A stretch of 64,000 nucleotides of DNA from Candidatus Latescibacterota bacterium (GTDB taxonomy: Bacteria > Latescibacterota > UBA2968 > UBA8231). A program made the position numbers and the translations under genes. Under the pieces are notes generated by a model that did no database searches, was not told the DNA's origin, and worked only from the letters and a program-made list of their open reading frames with translations. Below are positions 39,472-49,552 of the stretch, piece after piece (position 1 is the first letter of the stretch; every line of letters begins with the position of its first letter). The stretch lies in contig OZ220089.1 of NCBI GenBank assembly GCA_964291625.2, positions 2,976,001 through 3,040,000 of the forward strand, in the 5' to 3' direction.

Positions 39472-40485
39472 ATGCGCATCGGCATCGCGGGCGTCCACTA
39501 CGGCCACATCGGCGGCATGATCCAGTCCGCCATGCAGGCATCCAACGGCGAGATCGTCGGCCTGGTCGAGGAGGATGACGCCCTCTGCGCGCGCTACCCA
39601 TCGATCCCCCGCTTCGCCACCCTCGATGAGATGATCGACCGCGCCCGGCCGGAGTTGATCCTCGAAGGCCTGATCCACCACGAGAAGACCGCCCTCGTGG
39701 AGACCTGCGCCGGCGCCGGCATTCACCTGCTCCTCGACAAGCCGTTGTGCCGCACCCTCGACGACTGGGAGCGCATGCGCCGCGCCGTCGCCGCCGGCTC
39801 GATCCACGCGACCATGTGGTTCACCTCGCGCAGCTATCCGCCGTTCATCGCCCTGCGCCAGGCCGCTCTCGACGGGGAGCTGGGGACGATCGTCAGCCTC
39901 GTCTCCACCCACCCCCACAAGATCACCCGCGCCGGGGCCCCCGCCTGGTACTTCGACCCGCAGCGGTACACGGGGGCCTTCCACGACCTCGCCTGCCACG
40001 GCGTCGACCAGGTGCGCTGGCTCACGGGTGCCGAGTGCGTCGGCGTCCACGCCCTCGTCACCTGCAAGCGGTTCACGGACGAACCGCGCCTGGAGGACCA
40101 CGTGCAGGCCTCCTTCGAGTTGTCCGACGGCTCGCTGGCCACCGTCACCGCCGACTGGCTCACGCCCCAGGCCTCGCCCGCCTTCGGCGACACCCGCTTC
40201 ATCATCATGGGCACCCATGGCTCCGCGCACCTGCGCGCCTACGCCGACGACCACCTGCTCATCGCCACCAACGAGGGCGAGCCGTACACACCCGACCTGC
40301 CCGAGGGCCGCAGCGGTGAGTTCGTCACCGACCTGATCGACGCGATCGAGGGCGGCGGCGAGCTGTTCATATCCACCCGTTCCGTCTTCGCCACGGCCCA
40401 GGCCTGCCTGCTGGCCCAGGAGTCGGCCCGGCAGGGGGGCGCGTTCCTCTCCATTCCGTCGTTTGCGCTACAGGAGCATCGATGA
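39472..40485 (+). CDS. Gfo/Idh/MocA family oxidoreductase
   Basis: MRIGIAGVHYGH, LLDKP, DLACHGVD. 3' part of ORF 38647..40485. Confidence 0.9.
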   Translation: MRIGIAGVHYGHIGGMIQSAMQASNGEIVGLVEEDDALCARYPSIPRFATLDEMIDRARPELILEGLIHHEKTALVETCAGAGIHLLLDKPLCRTLDDWERMRRAVAAGSIHATMWFTSRSYPPFIALRQAALDGELGTIVSLVSTHPHKITRAGAPAWYFDPQRYTGAFHDLACHGVDQVRWLTGAECVGVHALVTCKRFTDEPRLEDHVQASFELSDGSLATVTADWLTPQASPAFGDTRFIIMGTHGSAHLRAYADDHLLIATNEGEPYTPDLPEGRSGEFVTDLIDAIEGGGELFISTRSVFATAQACLLAQESARQGGAFLSIPSFALQEHR

Positions 40486-42002
40486 CCTTCCCCCGGCTGA
40501 TCTTCAATTCCGACGGCGACTCGACGACGTACATCGCCTTCGAGCCGCCGATCACGCCGGAGCAGGCCTGCCGCGACATCGAGGAGATCGCCGGCACCAG
40601 CGTGGAGGTCTTCTGCAACTCCATGGGCCGCGGCGACGAGACCTTCTCGCACCCCACCGAGTTCGGGGACATCTACGGCACCGGCGTCACCGAGTGGCCC
40701 CAGGCCGAGGGACTGGAGTACGTGCGCTGGATGGCCGACAGCACCCGGGCCCTGCTCGACCAGGGCGTCAACATCATCGAGCTGCTGGCGGCGCGGGCCC
40801 ACGAGCGGGGTATGCAGTTCTGGCCGGCCCTGCGGATGAACGACATCCACGAGGACGACACCGGCCGCTGGAGCGCTTTGCGCAGCACCTTCAAGAAGGA
40901 GCACCGGGAGCTGCTGATCGGGTCGCCCTACCCCAAGGTCTCCGGGTACCGCGGCTACCGGCAGGACGACTTCACCTGGGCCTTCGACTTCGCCCGCGAC
41001 GAGGTGCGCGACCGCAAGCTCGGCCTGATCCTGGAGACCTGCGAGCGCTACGACGTGGACGGCTTCGAGATGGACTTCCAGCGCGGACGCTGGTACTTCA
41101 AGCAGGGAAGAGAGGCCGAGGGCCTGCCGCTGATGACCGACTTCGTGCGCAAGGTCCGGGCCGGCACCGCGGAGATCGCGCAGAAGAAAGGGCGGCCGTT
41201 CACGCTGATGCTGCGGGTGCCGCCGACCCGCCGGCGCTGTCTGGAGACCGGGCTGGACGTGCCCACCTGGATCCGGGAGGAGCTGGCCGACCTGTTCATC
41301 CCCATGGACAACGCCTACCTCGACATGGGGGCCGAGATCGCCGGCTTCAGGGAGCTGGCCGAGGGGACCTCCTGCCGCATCGGCGGCGGCCTGGAGCGCT
41401 TCTCCAAGCTCTACGGCTACGCCGGCAACGACATGCTCTACGCCGCGGCGTCGAGCTTCTGGCATCAGGGGGCCAGCTGCATCTACCTGTTCAACTACGA
41501 CTGCCACCGGCTGCCGAGGACCGGCAGCGAGTGCTACACCCCGGACGAGGTCCAGCTGCTGCGCGAGATCCACGACCCGCAACGGATCGCCCGCAGGAAC
41601 AAGCGCTACACCGTGAGCGTGGACATGCAGCTGAACACGCCCGACCAGGGCGGGGAGATGCCCCTGCCGTACGAGATCGCCGAGGCCGGCCGGAGCCAGG
41701 AGTTCTCGATCGTCGTGGGGGACGATGTCGAGTCCGCGCGGCGGGAGCAGACCCTGGCCGATACCTGGCTGCGGATCACCCTTCGAGAGTGGGACCCCGC
41801 CCTGGTGGAGGCATCGGTCTCCCTGAACGGCCGACTCCTGGAGTCGGGACACCGGATCGAGCTGCCCTCCAGCACGACCGTGACCTTCCGCGACGTGCCG
41901 GTCGCACAGGGAACCAACTCAATCGAGATCGCCCTCGACCGGACAGACGGTCAGGACGGCCTGCGTATCGAAGGGATCGAGCTGGTCATCGCCTATTCGT
42001 GA
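40482..42002 (+). CDS. Glycoside hydrolase-like (GHL10-type) TIM-barrel protein
   Basis: LIFNSDGD, LRMNDIH, FDFARDEVRD, YDVDGFEMDFQR, IYLFNY. Confidence 0.65.
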   Translation: MTFPRLIFNSDGDSTTYIAFEPPITPEQACRDIEEIAGTSVEVFCNSMGRGDETFSHPTEFGDIYGTGVTEWPQAEGLEYVRWMADSTRALLDQGVNIIELLAARAHERGMQFWPALRMNDIHEDDTGRWSALRSTFKKEHRELLIGSPYPKVSGYRGYRQDDFTWAFDFARDEVRDRKLGLILETCERYDVDGFEMDFQRGRWYFKQGREAEGLPLMTDFVRKVRAGTAEIAQKKGRPFTLMLRVPPTRRRCLETGLDVPTWIREELADLFIPMDNAYLDMGAEIAGFRELAEGTSCRIGGGLERFSKLYGYAGNDMLYAAASSFWHQGASCIYLFNYDCHRLPRTGSECYTPDEVQLLREIHDPQRIARRNKRYTVSVDMQLNTPDQGGEMPLPYEIAEAGRSQEFSIVVGDDVESARREQTLADTWLRITLREWDPALVEASVSLNGRLLESGHRIELPSSTTVTFRDVPVAQGTNSIEIALDRTDGQDGLRIEGIELVIAYS

Positions 42003-42011
42003 GGGAACCCA

Positions 42012-43145
42012 TTGAAGATAACCGAGGTCAAGACCGCGGAAGTGCGCATGAAGATCGACGGCCAACCCCGCTACCTCTACCACTACGTCCGCGTCCACAC
42101 CGACGAGGGCATCTACGGCACCGGCGAGGCCAGCCACGTCGACGGCGGCTGGCGCGGCTCCACCCGGACCATGGCCGACCGGCTCATCGGCAAGGACCCG
42201 CGCGACGTGGATGCCCTCTTCGAGGAGATCCGCCGCGACTACATCTTCCGGGGCGGCATGGCCGGACTGGCGATCTCGGCGCTGACCGGTATCGAGATCG
42301 CCCTCTGGGATCTGGCCGGGAAGGCCCAGGGCGTGCCCGTCTACCGGCTACTTGGGGGCAGGTTCCGCGACCGGGTGCGCCTCTACGTGGACAGCGCCCA
42401 CTCCGACTACAGGCAGCGCGCCGAGGAGGTGCGGGCGGAAGGGTTCACCGCGATCAAGTTCGACCTCGACGACGCCGGCCACCCCGAGAAGCTCGATCCC
42501 TGGAACTGGTCGGTGGCCCCCGCCGAGCTGGACGACCTGGTGGACCGGGTGCACCGGATCCGCGAGGCCGTCGGCCCCCGCATGGACCTGGCCATCGATC
42601 TGCACGGGCGCTACGACGCCACCGCGGGGATGAAGTTCGCCCACGCTTTCGAGGACCTGAACCTGATGTGGCTCGAGGAGCCGGTGCCGCCGGAGAACAT
42701 CGACGCCCTCAAGCGCATCACCGACTCGAGCCGCACCCCGATCTGCGCCGGCGAGAACGCCTACCTGCGCTACGGTTTCCGCGACATGATCGAGCGGCAG
42801 GCGGTCGACATCATCATGCCCGACATCTCCAAGTGCGGCGGCCTGTCGGAGTGCCGCAAGATCGCCAACATGGCGGAGAGCTGGTACATCCCCTTCGCCC
42901 CGCACAACAACTCCAGCGCCCTGAGCACCGTGGCCGACGCCCACGTCTGCGCCAGCGTCCCCAACTTCCTCGCCCTGGAGTTCCACCGCTACGACGACCC
43001 GACCTGGAGCGACGTGGTGCTATCGGACGAGCCGGTGATTCAGCAGGGGCATGTGGTGCTGAGCGAGAAGCCGGGGCTGGGGGTGGAGCTGAACGAGCCG
43101 TTCCTGCAGAGCATGCTGGGGGACGGGGAGCCGCTCTGGGAGTAG
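42012..43145 (+). CDS. Mandelate racemase-subgroup acid-sugar dehydratase (DgoD-like)
   Basis: TDEGIYGTGE, ALWDLAGKA.GVPVY.LLGG, IKFD, IDLHG, WLEEP, AGEN, APHN. Confidence 0.9.
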   Translation: MKITEVKTAEVRMKIDGQPRYLYHYVRVHTDEGIYGTGEASHVDGGWRGSTRTMADRLIGKDPRDVDALFEEIRRDYIFRGGMAGLAISALTGIEIALWDLAGKAQGVPVYRLLGGRFRDRVRLYVDSAHSDYRQRAEEVRAEGFTAIKFDLDDAGHPEKLDPWNWSVAPAELDDLVDRVHRIREAVGPRMDLAIDLHGRYDATAGMKFAHAFEDLNLMWLEEPVPPENIDALKRITDSSRTPICAGENAYLRYGFRDMIERQAVDIIMPDISKCGGLSECRKIANMAESWYIPFAPHNNSSALSTVADAHVCASVPNFLALEFHRYDDPTWSDVVLSDEPVIQQGHVVLSEKPGLGVELNEPFLQSMLGDGEPLWE

Positions 43146-43163
43146 CTGGCGGTGGGCTTCGAC

Positions 43164-43338
43164 CTACTCGCCGCGAAAGGCCTGTTCCAGGGCGGCGACA
43201 TCGAGCCGGGTCATCTGCAGGAAAGCCTCGGTGACCCGCTCAACCGCGGCGGCATCGCTGCTGTTCAGCAGAGGTATACAGCTCGAGCGCTTCCTCGACG
43301 CGTCCGTCAAACCACAGGTTGGTGACGATCTTCTGCAC
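43164..43338 (-). pseudogene. Internally deleted VOC/PhnB-like gene remnant
   Basis: AGGAGG RBS + GTG giving MQKIVTNLWFDGRVEEALELYTS, joined out of frame to LLNSSDAAAVERVTEAFLQMTRLDVAALEQAFRGE*. These match the N- and C-termini of the family, with the middle missing. Confidence 0.8.
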
Positions 43339-43363
43339 GGTGATGGCCTCCTGATGCCGGGCG

Positions 43364-44116
43364 CTATATGGAGATCCGCTTCTCGGGCGGGAGGGACTTG
43401 TCGCCCTCGACCACACCTTCCCGGTGCTCGCCGCGCTCGACCAGGACCTGCCGGGCGGCGACGCGAATCCGGTCCTCGCGGGAGAGGAACTTCTGCGCCT
43501 TCCAGGTGAACTCCGACAGCGCCTCCCCGGGGGAGAGGTCGGAGTTGTCGATGACGAACTTCCTGCGGATCAGGGACGCGGCGAACTCTTCACGGAATCT
43601 CTGAAGGACGTGCTCCACGTCCTCCTCGCGGAGGACCCCCGGCCGCCTTCCCTTCTGGTCCCGCGGCATGGGGTCCCGGGCCATCCGCTCCCTGATCACC
43701 TCCGGACGGGCCGTGAGCAGCGCCAGGATGGTGTCCGGGGCGTGCTTCGTGATGTCCTGCTCGACTCGCCGGGCATAGACGGAGCGGTCCGCATACTCGC
43801 CGCGCCCGCCGTAGCCGTAGTAGAGCGGCGCGAAGACCGCCTCCTCGATGTGATACCCGACGAGAAGGTGATCGTCGCCCGACAGGAAGGCGCCGCCCGC
43901 GTGGTACGCCATCTGGTAACGCTGGAACCGCTCCTTGAAGGCCGGGCTCATGCGCATGAACAGCTCGCGGTCCTCGCCGGCCACCTCGGGGGAGGGCAGG
44001 GTGAAGTGGTCGTGGAACGACCTGCTGTAGCCCGTAAGCTCCGCGAGCCAGCGCGATACGCCAGCGGCCAGCGTCGTCTTCCCAACGTGCTCGCAACCGG
44101 TGATGATCAGTTTCAT
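43364..44116 (-). CDS. P-loop nucleoside/nucleotide kinase-like protein
   Basis: MKLIITGCEHVGKTT Walker A, LLTARPEVIRERM lid, VIDNS. Confidence 0.7.
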   Translation of the reverse strand: MKLIITGCEHVGKTTLAAGVSRWLAELTGYSRSFHDHFTLPSPEVAGEDRELFMRMSPAFKERFQRYQMAYHAGGAFLSGDDHLLVGYHIEEAVFAPLYYGYGGRGEYADRSVYARRVEQDITKHAPDTILALLTARPEVIRERMARDPMPRDQKGRRPGVLREEDVEHVLQRFREEFAASLIRRKFVIDNSDLSPGEALSEFTWKAQKFLSREDRIRVAARQVLVERGEHREGVVEGDKSLPPEKRISI

Positions 44117-44191
44117 GGTTGCATTCTCCGCGTCTCCGCGCTACAGGATATAGGCGCCGCATTTCGTGGACAACCGGCGGGGGAGCTGAAC

Positions 44192-45082
44192 ATGCTGAGT
44201 GATCTTCGGGGCGTAATCCCCCCGGCGACGACACCATTCACCCGGGACGGCGAGGTCGATCTCGGGGCGATGAAGGCACAGGTGAACTGGCTGATCGATC
44301 AGGGTGTCCACGGCCTCGCCGTGGGAGGCAGCACGGGTGAGGGCCATACCCTCGACGTCGATGAGTTCCGAGGGATCGTGGAGGCAGCCCTGGAGACAGC
44401 GGCCGGGCGCGTCCCCGTGGTCGCCGGGATCATCGTCGACAGCACCCGCGACGCGGTTCGCCGGGGCCGGGCGATTGCGGACCTCGACGTGGCGGCGCTC
44501 CAGGTGACCCCGGTCCACTACCTCTTCCGCCCCGACGACGATGCCATGCAGGAGCATTTCCGGGTGATGGGCGAGGAAGTGGAGCATCCCATCATCATCT
44601 ACAATGTCGTGCCGTGGAGCTACCTCTCCCCGGAACTGCTCTGCCGGATCATGGACCAGGTGCCGGCCGTCGTCGGGGTGAAGCAGAGCGCCGGGGACCT
44701 GAAGCTGTTCGCCGACCTGATGCTCATGGCCGATCCGGAGCATCTCGTCTTCTGCGCCGTGGACGCCCTGATGTACCCGGCCTACACCCTGGGCGCCCGC
44801 GGATCGATCGCGGCGATCCTCGCGGCGGCGCCGCGGGCTTCGGTCGACGTGTGGGACGCGGTCCAGTGCGGGGATCACGCCCGCGCCCTGGACGCGCATG
44901 AGAAGCTGCTGAGAGTGTGGAACGCCATCGAGGGGCCGAACCTGCCTGCCTGCGCGAAGTACGCCCAGACCCTGCAGGGCTGCCCGGGGGGATATCCAAG
45001 GGCCCCCATGCCCGAGGCGTCGGAGAAGCAGAGGCAGGCGATCGAGGAGAGTCTGGCGCTCCTCGGCGGGCTGGAGAGATAG
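44192..45082 (+). CDS. Dihydrodipicolinate synthase/N-acetylneuraminate lyase family protein
   Basis: TTPF, GGSTGEG, IYNV, VGVKQS (Schiff-base lysine). GGGAG RBS. Confidence 0.92.
   Translation: MLSDLRGVIPPATTPFTRDGEVDLGAMKAQVNWLIDQGVHGLAVGGSTGEGHTLDVDEFRGIVEAALETAAGRVPVVAGIIVDSTRDAVRRGRAIADLDVAALQVTPVHYLFRPDDDAMQEHFRVMGEEVEHPIIIYNVVPWSYLSPELLCRIMDQVPAVVGVKQSAGDLKLFADLMLMADPEHLVFCAVDALMYPAYTLGARGSIAAILAAAPRASVDVWDAVQCGDHARALDAHEKLLRVWNAIEGPNLPACAKYAQTLQGCPGGYPRAPMPEASEKQRQAIEESLALLGGLER
45038..45082 (+). repeat. Direct repeat B, copy 1 (3' end of the DHDPS-family gene)
   Basis: 45038..45080 matches 54434..54475 at 40/43 positions with one gap. Confidence 0.85.
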
Positions 45083-45182
45083 GATGGAGCAGACCCGGGC
45101 CCGCAGAGGATTCGAGAGCACCCTCTACATGGCCGAGGGCGGCCTTCCCCCGGTGAGTCCCGACCGGTAGCTTCTCCCCCCC

Positions 45183-45800
45183 ATGGCGACAAGAGAGAGA
45201 ACCTCCCGCCAGTCCTCCGGGCATCCGCTGCTTCGTTTCCTGCAATCCGTCAATCGCGCCATCGCCCTCCTGGAAGGTTGGGCTCTGAGTTGGGGCATCC
45301 TGCTGATGGTCGGCCTCGGCACGGCCAATGTCCTGGGCCGCAATCTCTTCGACCACAGCCTGAGCTTCGCCGAGGAGATCAACCAGGTGCTGATCGTGGT
45401 CGTCACCTTCCTCGGTGTGGGCTACGCCGCCCGACAAGGCCGCCACATCCGCATGACGGCCCTGTATGACCAGCCTGGCAGGCGGGTCCAGAGAATCCTC
45501 ATGGTCACCATCGCCTGCGCAACGGCGGCCCTGCTCTTCGCCCTCAGCTACTACGCCGCCGCCTACGTCGCCCACGTGCGCTCCGTGGGCAGCGTCACTC
45601 CGGGGCTGCAACTGCCTCTCTACCTGGTCTATCTGCCGGTGCCCCTGGGGCTGGCGCTCGGGGGGGTGCAATACGCGCTGACCGCCATCCGCAACCTGAC
45701 TTCGGATGGCGTCTTTCTCTCCTTCGACCGACGCGACGAGATCAGCGACGGGGCGGGCGGGCCCTCGATGGGAGACCCGTCGGAGAGCAAGCCGTGCTGA
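45183..45800 (+). CDS. TRAP transporter small permease (DctQ/TeaB-like)
   Basis: ANVLGR...AEEINQ...TFLGVGYAARQGRHIRM, 4 TM. Confidence 0.9.
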   Translation: MATRERTSRQSSGHPLLRFLQSVNRAIALLEGWALSWGILLMVGLGTANVLGRNLFDHSLSFAEEINQVLIVVVTFLGVGYAARQGRHIRMTALYDQPGRRVQRILMVTIACATAALLFALSYYAAAYVAHVRSVGSVTPGLQLPLYLVYLPVPLGLALGGVQYALTAIRNLTSDGVFLSFDRRDEISDGAGGPSMGDPSESKPC

Positions 45801-47077
45801 CGACTCTGCTGCTGACGATGGTCGTCCTGCTGCTCCTCGGTTTCCCCCTCAAGGTGCCGCTGCTCGTGGCGGCCCTGGCCGGCCTCGTGATCTACTATCC
45901 GCACATGGATCCGATGATCCTCGTGCAGCAGATGATCGGCGGCATCAAGCCGGCGGCCCTGATCGCAGTACCGATGTTCATTCTCGCCGCGGACATCATG
46001 ACCCGCGGAGCCACCGCCAACCGGCTCCTCGATCTGGTCATGGGCTTCGTGGGTCACCTCAGAGGCGGCCTGCCGATCACCGCCGCCGTCAGTTGCACGC
46101 TCTTCGGCGCCGTTTCGGGATCGACCCAGGCCACGGTGGTGGCCATGGGGAGCCCCCTGCGGCCCCAGCTGCTCAAGGCGGGCTACAAGGACTCCTTCGC
46201 CCTCGCCCTGATCATCAACGCCAGCGACATCGCCCTGCTCATCCCCCCCAGCATCGGCATGATCGTCTACGGGGTGGTGTCGGGCACGTCCATCGGGGAG
46301 TTGTTCATCGCCGGGATCGGTCCGGGCCTGTTGATCCTGGCCCTGTTCTCACTCTATTGCCACCTGGCTTCGCGCTACTGGGGTATCCCCAGTCGGCCCC
46401 GGACCCCCTGGCGCGAGCGCCGCGCCACCGCGCGCAAGGCCGTGCTTCCCCTGGGCTTCCCGGTGATCATCGTCGGCGGAATCTACACCGGCCTCTTCAG
46501 CCCGACCGAGGCGGCGGTCGTCTCCGTGCTCTACGCGCTGGTCCTGGAGATGCTCGTCTTCCGCTCCCTCGGTCTGCGCCATGTCCCCGATCTGGCCCGT
46601 TCCACGGGCATGATCACGGCGGTGGTCTTCATCCTCGTGGCGGCGGGCGCCGCCTTCTCCTGGGTCATCTCCTTTGCGGAGCTCCCCTCGCAGTTGATCC
46701 ACGACGTTCTCAAACTCGACCCTTCCGAGCCGACCCGGGTCCTGGTCACCATCGCCGCCGTCTTCTTCGTAGGCTGCATGTTCGTCGATCCGATCGTGGT
46801 CATCCTCGTGCTCGCACCGATCTTCTCGCCCATCATCGAGGCGTCGGGCATCGATCCGGTACTGGCGGGTACCCTGGTGACGCTCCAGGTCGCCATCGGC
46901 TCGGCCACGCCGCCCTTTGGGTGCGACATCTTCACGGCCATCGCCGTCTTTCGGCAGCCCTATCTCCGCGTCATCGCGGGCAGCCCGCCGTTCATCCTCA
47001 TGCTGCTTCTCGCGACGGCCCTGCTGATCCTCTTCCCGCAGATCGCCCTCCTCCTGCGGGACCTCGCCTTCCGCTGA
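45794..47077 (+). CDS. TRAP transporter large permease (DctM/TeaC-like)
   Basis: AVPMFILA, FGAVSGS, LIPPSI, FSPTEAA, TPPFG. Confidence 0.93.
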   Translation: MLTTLLLTMVVLLLLGFPLKVPLLVAALAGLVIYYPHMDPMILVQQMIGGIKPAALIAVPMFILAADIMTRGATANRLLDLVMGFVGHLRGGLPITAAVSCTLFGAVSGSTQATVVAMGSPLRPQLLKAGYKDSFALALIINASDIALLIPPSIGMIVYGVVSGTSIGELFIAGIGPGLLILALFSLYCHLASRYWGIPSRPRTPWRERRATARKAVLPLGFPVIIVGGIYTGLFSPTEAAVVSVLYALVLEMLVFRSLGLRHVPDLARSTGMITAVVFILVAAGAAFSWVISFAELPSQLIHDVLKLDPSEPTRVLVTIAAVFFVGCMFVDPIVVILVLAPIFSPIIEASGIDPVLAGTLVTLQVAIGSATPPFGCDIFTAIAVFRQPYLRVIAGSPPFILMLLLATALLILFPQIALLLRDLAFR

Positions 47078-47079
47078 TG

Positions 47080-48129
47080 TCAACGGGCTGAGCCAGACTC
47101 TCTCTCGATCTCGCTCAGCAAAGTCGTCAGCAGCGCGTCACCAGACGCTCCGGCCAGTTCCCGATACTTGTCGCGCACCGGCATGCTCGCCTGCCGGAAG
47201 GCGGACCGCTCGTCTTCGGTGAGGCGGATGACCTCGATATCGCTGGCCTGCCGTATCGTCTCGAGGCGCTTGCGGTTGAAGTCACGTTGAACCTGGAAGA
47301 TGTAGTCGTCGAGTTCCCTGACGACGCTCGTCACCAGCTCCTTGTCCCGGGCCTCCAGGGCGTCGAAGAAGGCGGGGCTGGTGACCACGGTGGCCACGAA
47401 GGGCAGGTGGTTGGGGAAGATCATGTAATCCTGCACCTCGTAGAAACTCATCTCTTCGATGGCGAAGACCGGGTTGACCTGGGCGTCGATCATGTTGAGT
47501 TGCAGGCCGCTGTAGACTTCGGAGTAGGGCAGGGGGGTCGGATTGGCACCGTAGGCCTTGTAGGCTTCGAGCAGCAATGGCGAGACCATGGTGCGCATCT
47601 TGACGCCGCTGAAATCGGCCGGTGTGCGCAGGGTCTTGTTCGCCGTCCACACCATCCAGCCCTCCTGAATGACGCTGAGCAGGTGCAGCTTCCTGGCGCG
47701 ATAGGCTTGGCCCAGCAAAGCGCGGAGCCGCTCGCTCTGCGACAGGACCCGCTGGTTTACCTCCTCGTCATCGGAAAAGACGAAGTGCAGCGAAAATATC
47801 TGTACCTCCGGCACGACCGAGCCCAGGTGGCCCGGCGAGGCCATGGCGAACTGTATCGAGTTCGACTGCACCAACTCGGTGAGCTGGGCCGAGGTACCCA
47901 GGGCGCCATAGGGATAGACGGTCACGTCAATCCGCCCATCCGAGTGCTCCGCAATCCGTTCCTTGAACTGCTGCGCGTACGCGTCCTGCACGCTGCCCTG
48001 GATCTCCTCGATGGCGAACTTCCAGACCTCCTTGCCTTCCCTGGTTCCTTCGCCGGCGCAGCCCGCAAGGAGGGAGAAGACCAGGACCAGCAGCATCTGG
48101 CCCCGTGGGTGCGGGGATTCAGCTTTCAC
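47080..48129 (-). CDS. TRAP substrate-binding lipoprotein (DctP/TeaA-like, probably ectoine)
   Basis: FAIEEIQGSVQ, YPYGALG, KMRTM, PTPLPYSEVYSGLQL..IDAQVNP, FYEVQ. Lipobox LAGC. Abuts ectD. Start may be 48096. Confidence 0.88.
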   Translation of the reverse strand: MKAESPHPRGQMLLVLVFSLLAGCAGEGTREGKEVWKFAIEEIQGSVQDAYAQQFKERIAEHSDGRIDVTVYPYGALGTSAQLTELVQSNSIQFAMASPGHLGSVVPEVQIFSLHFVFSDDEEVNQRVLSQSERLRALLGQAYRARKLHLLSVIQEGWMVWTANKTLRTPADFSGVKMRTMVSPLLLEAYKAYGANPTPLPYSEVYSGLQLNMIDAQVNPVFAIEEMSFYEVQDYMIFPNHLPFVATVVTSPAFFDALEARDKELVTSVVRELDDYIFQVQRDFNRKRLETIRQASDIEVIRLTEDERSAFRQASMPVRDKYRELAGASGDALLTTLLSEIERESGSAR

Positions 48130-49104
48130 TTATGATCCGCCTTTCTCACAGCCGTTTGCGGCCGGTCCTGTCCGGGCCTGGGAGTACTCCGGCTCCTTCG
48201 ATTCGAGGGGGCTGAAGTCCCTCGAAGCCAGGAAGGGCGGCCTCGGCGGAAGGTTGCCGAAAGGCTCTACCAGTGCATTCCCGGTGCTGTTGTAGACCAG
48301 GAAGACATTGCTCCTGGGATAGGGAGTGATGTTGCCGTTGGAGCCGTGCAGGATATTGCACTCGAAGAACAGCGCCGAACCGGCCCGGCCCGTGGGCACC
48401 TCGATTCCTCCTTCGTCCGCCAGCTTGCGCAGGCTCTCGTGATCGGGCACGCCGAGTTCCTGCCTCTTGAGGGAGGTCTTGTAGTTGTCCTCCGGGGTCT
48501 CGCCGACGCAGGAGATGAAGTACTTGTGGGACCCGGGAATGACCATCAGCGGACCGTTGAACACCCAGTTGTCGGTCAAGGCGATGGAGCAGCTGACGGC
48601 GCGCATCCCGGGCATGCCGTCCTCCACGTGCCAGGTCTCGAAATCCGAGTGCCAGTAGAACTCCTTGCCCTCGAAGCCCGGCTTGAGATTGATGCGCGAC
48701 TGGTGGATGTACACGTCGCCGCCCAGCAGGTAGCGGGCGATCTCCACCAGGCGCCTGTCCCGGGCCAGGTCGCTGAAGAGAGGGCTGGCCCGGTGCACGT
48801 TGAACAGGGAGCGAACCTCGCCGCTGGCCGGCTCGGTGATGGCCGCGGGCGAATCCCTCACGATCCCGGAGGCGCACAGGGAGTTGAGGGCCTTGGCGAG
48901 GACTTCCACTTCTTCGGGGGCGAAGAGCCCTTCCAGGTGCAGGTACCCGCGCTCCTCGTAGTGGCGCACCTGTCCCTCGTCGAGGGCCACCTTCCCCCGC
49001 TCCCCGGCGGCACCGTAGACGACCGGGTCCCGGCGTCGGCGGATGGCCGGGGTCTGCTCCACTCGCGATCGATAGATGTCTTCGGCTGTCCGGAAATTCG
49101 GCAT
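48130..49104 (-). CDS. ectD: Ectoine hydroxylase
   Basis: EctD signature FYWHSDFETWHVEDGMP, plus HGSNGNITPYPRSN. Confidence 0.96.
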   Translation of the reverse strand: MPNFRTAEDIYRSRVEQTPAIRRRRDPVVYGAAGERGKVALDEGQVRHYEERGYLHLEGLFAPEEVEVLAKALNSLCASGIVRDSPAAITEPASGEVRSLFNVHRASPLFSDLARDRRLVEIARYLLGGDVYIHQSRINLKPGFEGKEFYWHSDFETWHVEDGMPGMRAVSCSIALTDNWVFNGPLMVIPGSHKYFISCVGETPEDNYKTSLKRQELGVPDHESLRKLADEGGIEVPTGRAGSALFFECNILHGSNGNITPYPRSNVFLVYNSTGNALVEPFGNLPPRPPFLASRDFSPLESKEPEYSQARTGPAANGCEKGGS

Positions 49105-49105
49105 C

Positions 49106-49519
49106 TCAAGCTCCCTGCTCTGCCGCCTGGCCGTCATGGGCCGGCGGGGGATAGGCGCCATCCTCGGTGTGCACTTCCGCTCCGGTGCAGGGGGGATTGA
49201 ATACGCATACCAGGCGCAGGTCGGTCCAGGCCCGCAGTATGTGGCGGTCGTTCTGGTCGAGGGCGTACATCGTTCCCGCCCTGATGGGGTGAACCTCGCC
49301 CGAGTCGAGATCTTCGATCTCGCCCGATCCCTGGATGCAGTACACGGCCTCGAGGTGGTGCTTGTACCACATGGCCGTCTCCGTGTCCGCGTGCACGATG
49401 GTGTCGTGGAGGGAGAAGCCCATGCCGTCGTCCCGCAGCAGCAGGCGGCGGCTGCGCCAGGTTGCGGCCTGAACGTCCCGCTCGGTTCCGTCCATTTCCT
49501 TCAGACTGCGCACGATCAT
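49106..49519 (-). CDS. ectC: L-ectoine synthase
   Basis: MIVRSL, W.SRRLLL..DGMGFSLH.T, WYKHHLEAVYC, CVFNPP.TG.EVH. Confidence 0.97.
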   Translation of the reverse strand: MIVRSLKEMDGTERDVQAATWRSRRLLLRDDGMGFSLHDTIVHADTETAMWYKHHLEAVYCIQGSGEIEDLDSGEVHPIRAGTMYALDQNDRHILRAWTDLRLVCVFNPPCTGAEVHTEDGAYPPPAHDGQAAEQGA

Positions 49520-49552
49520 GTCGTCTGCCTTCTCGATGCCGTCAGCGGGCCG

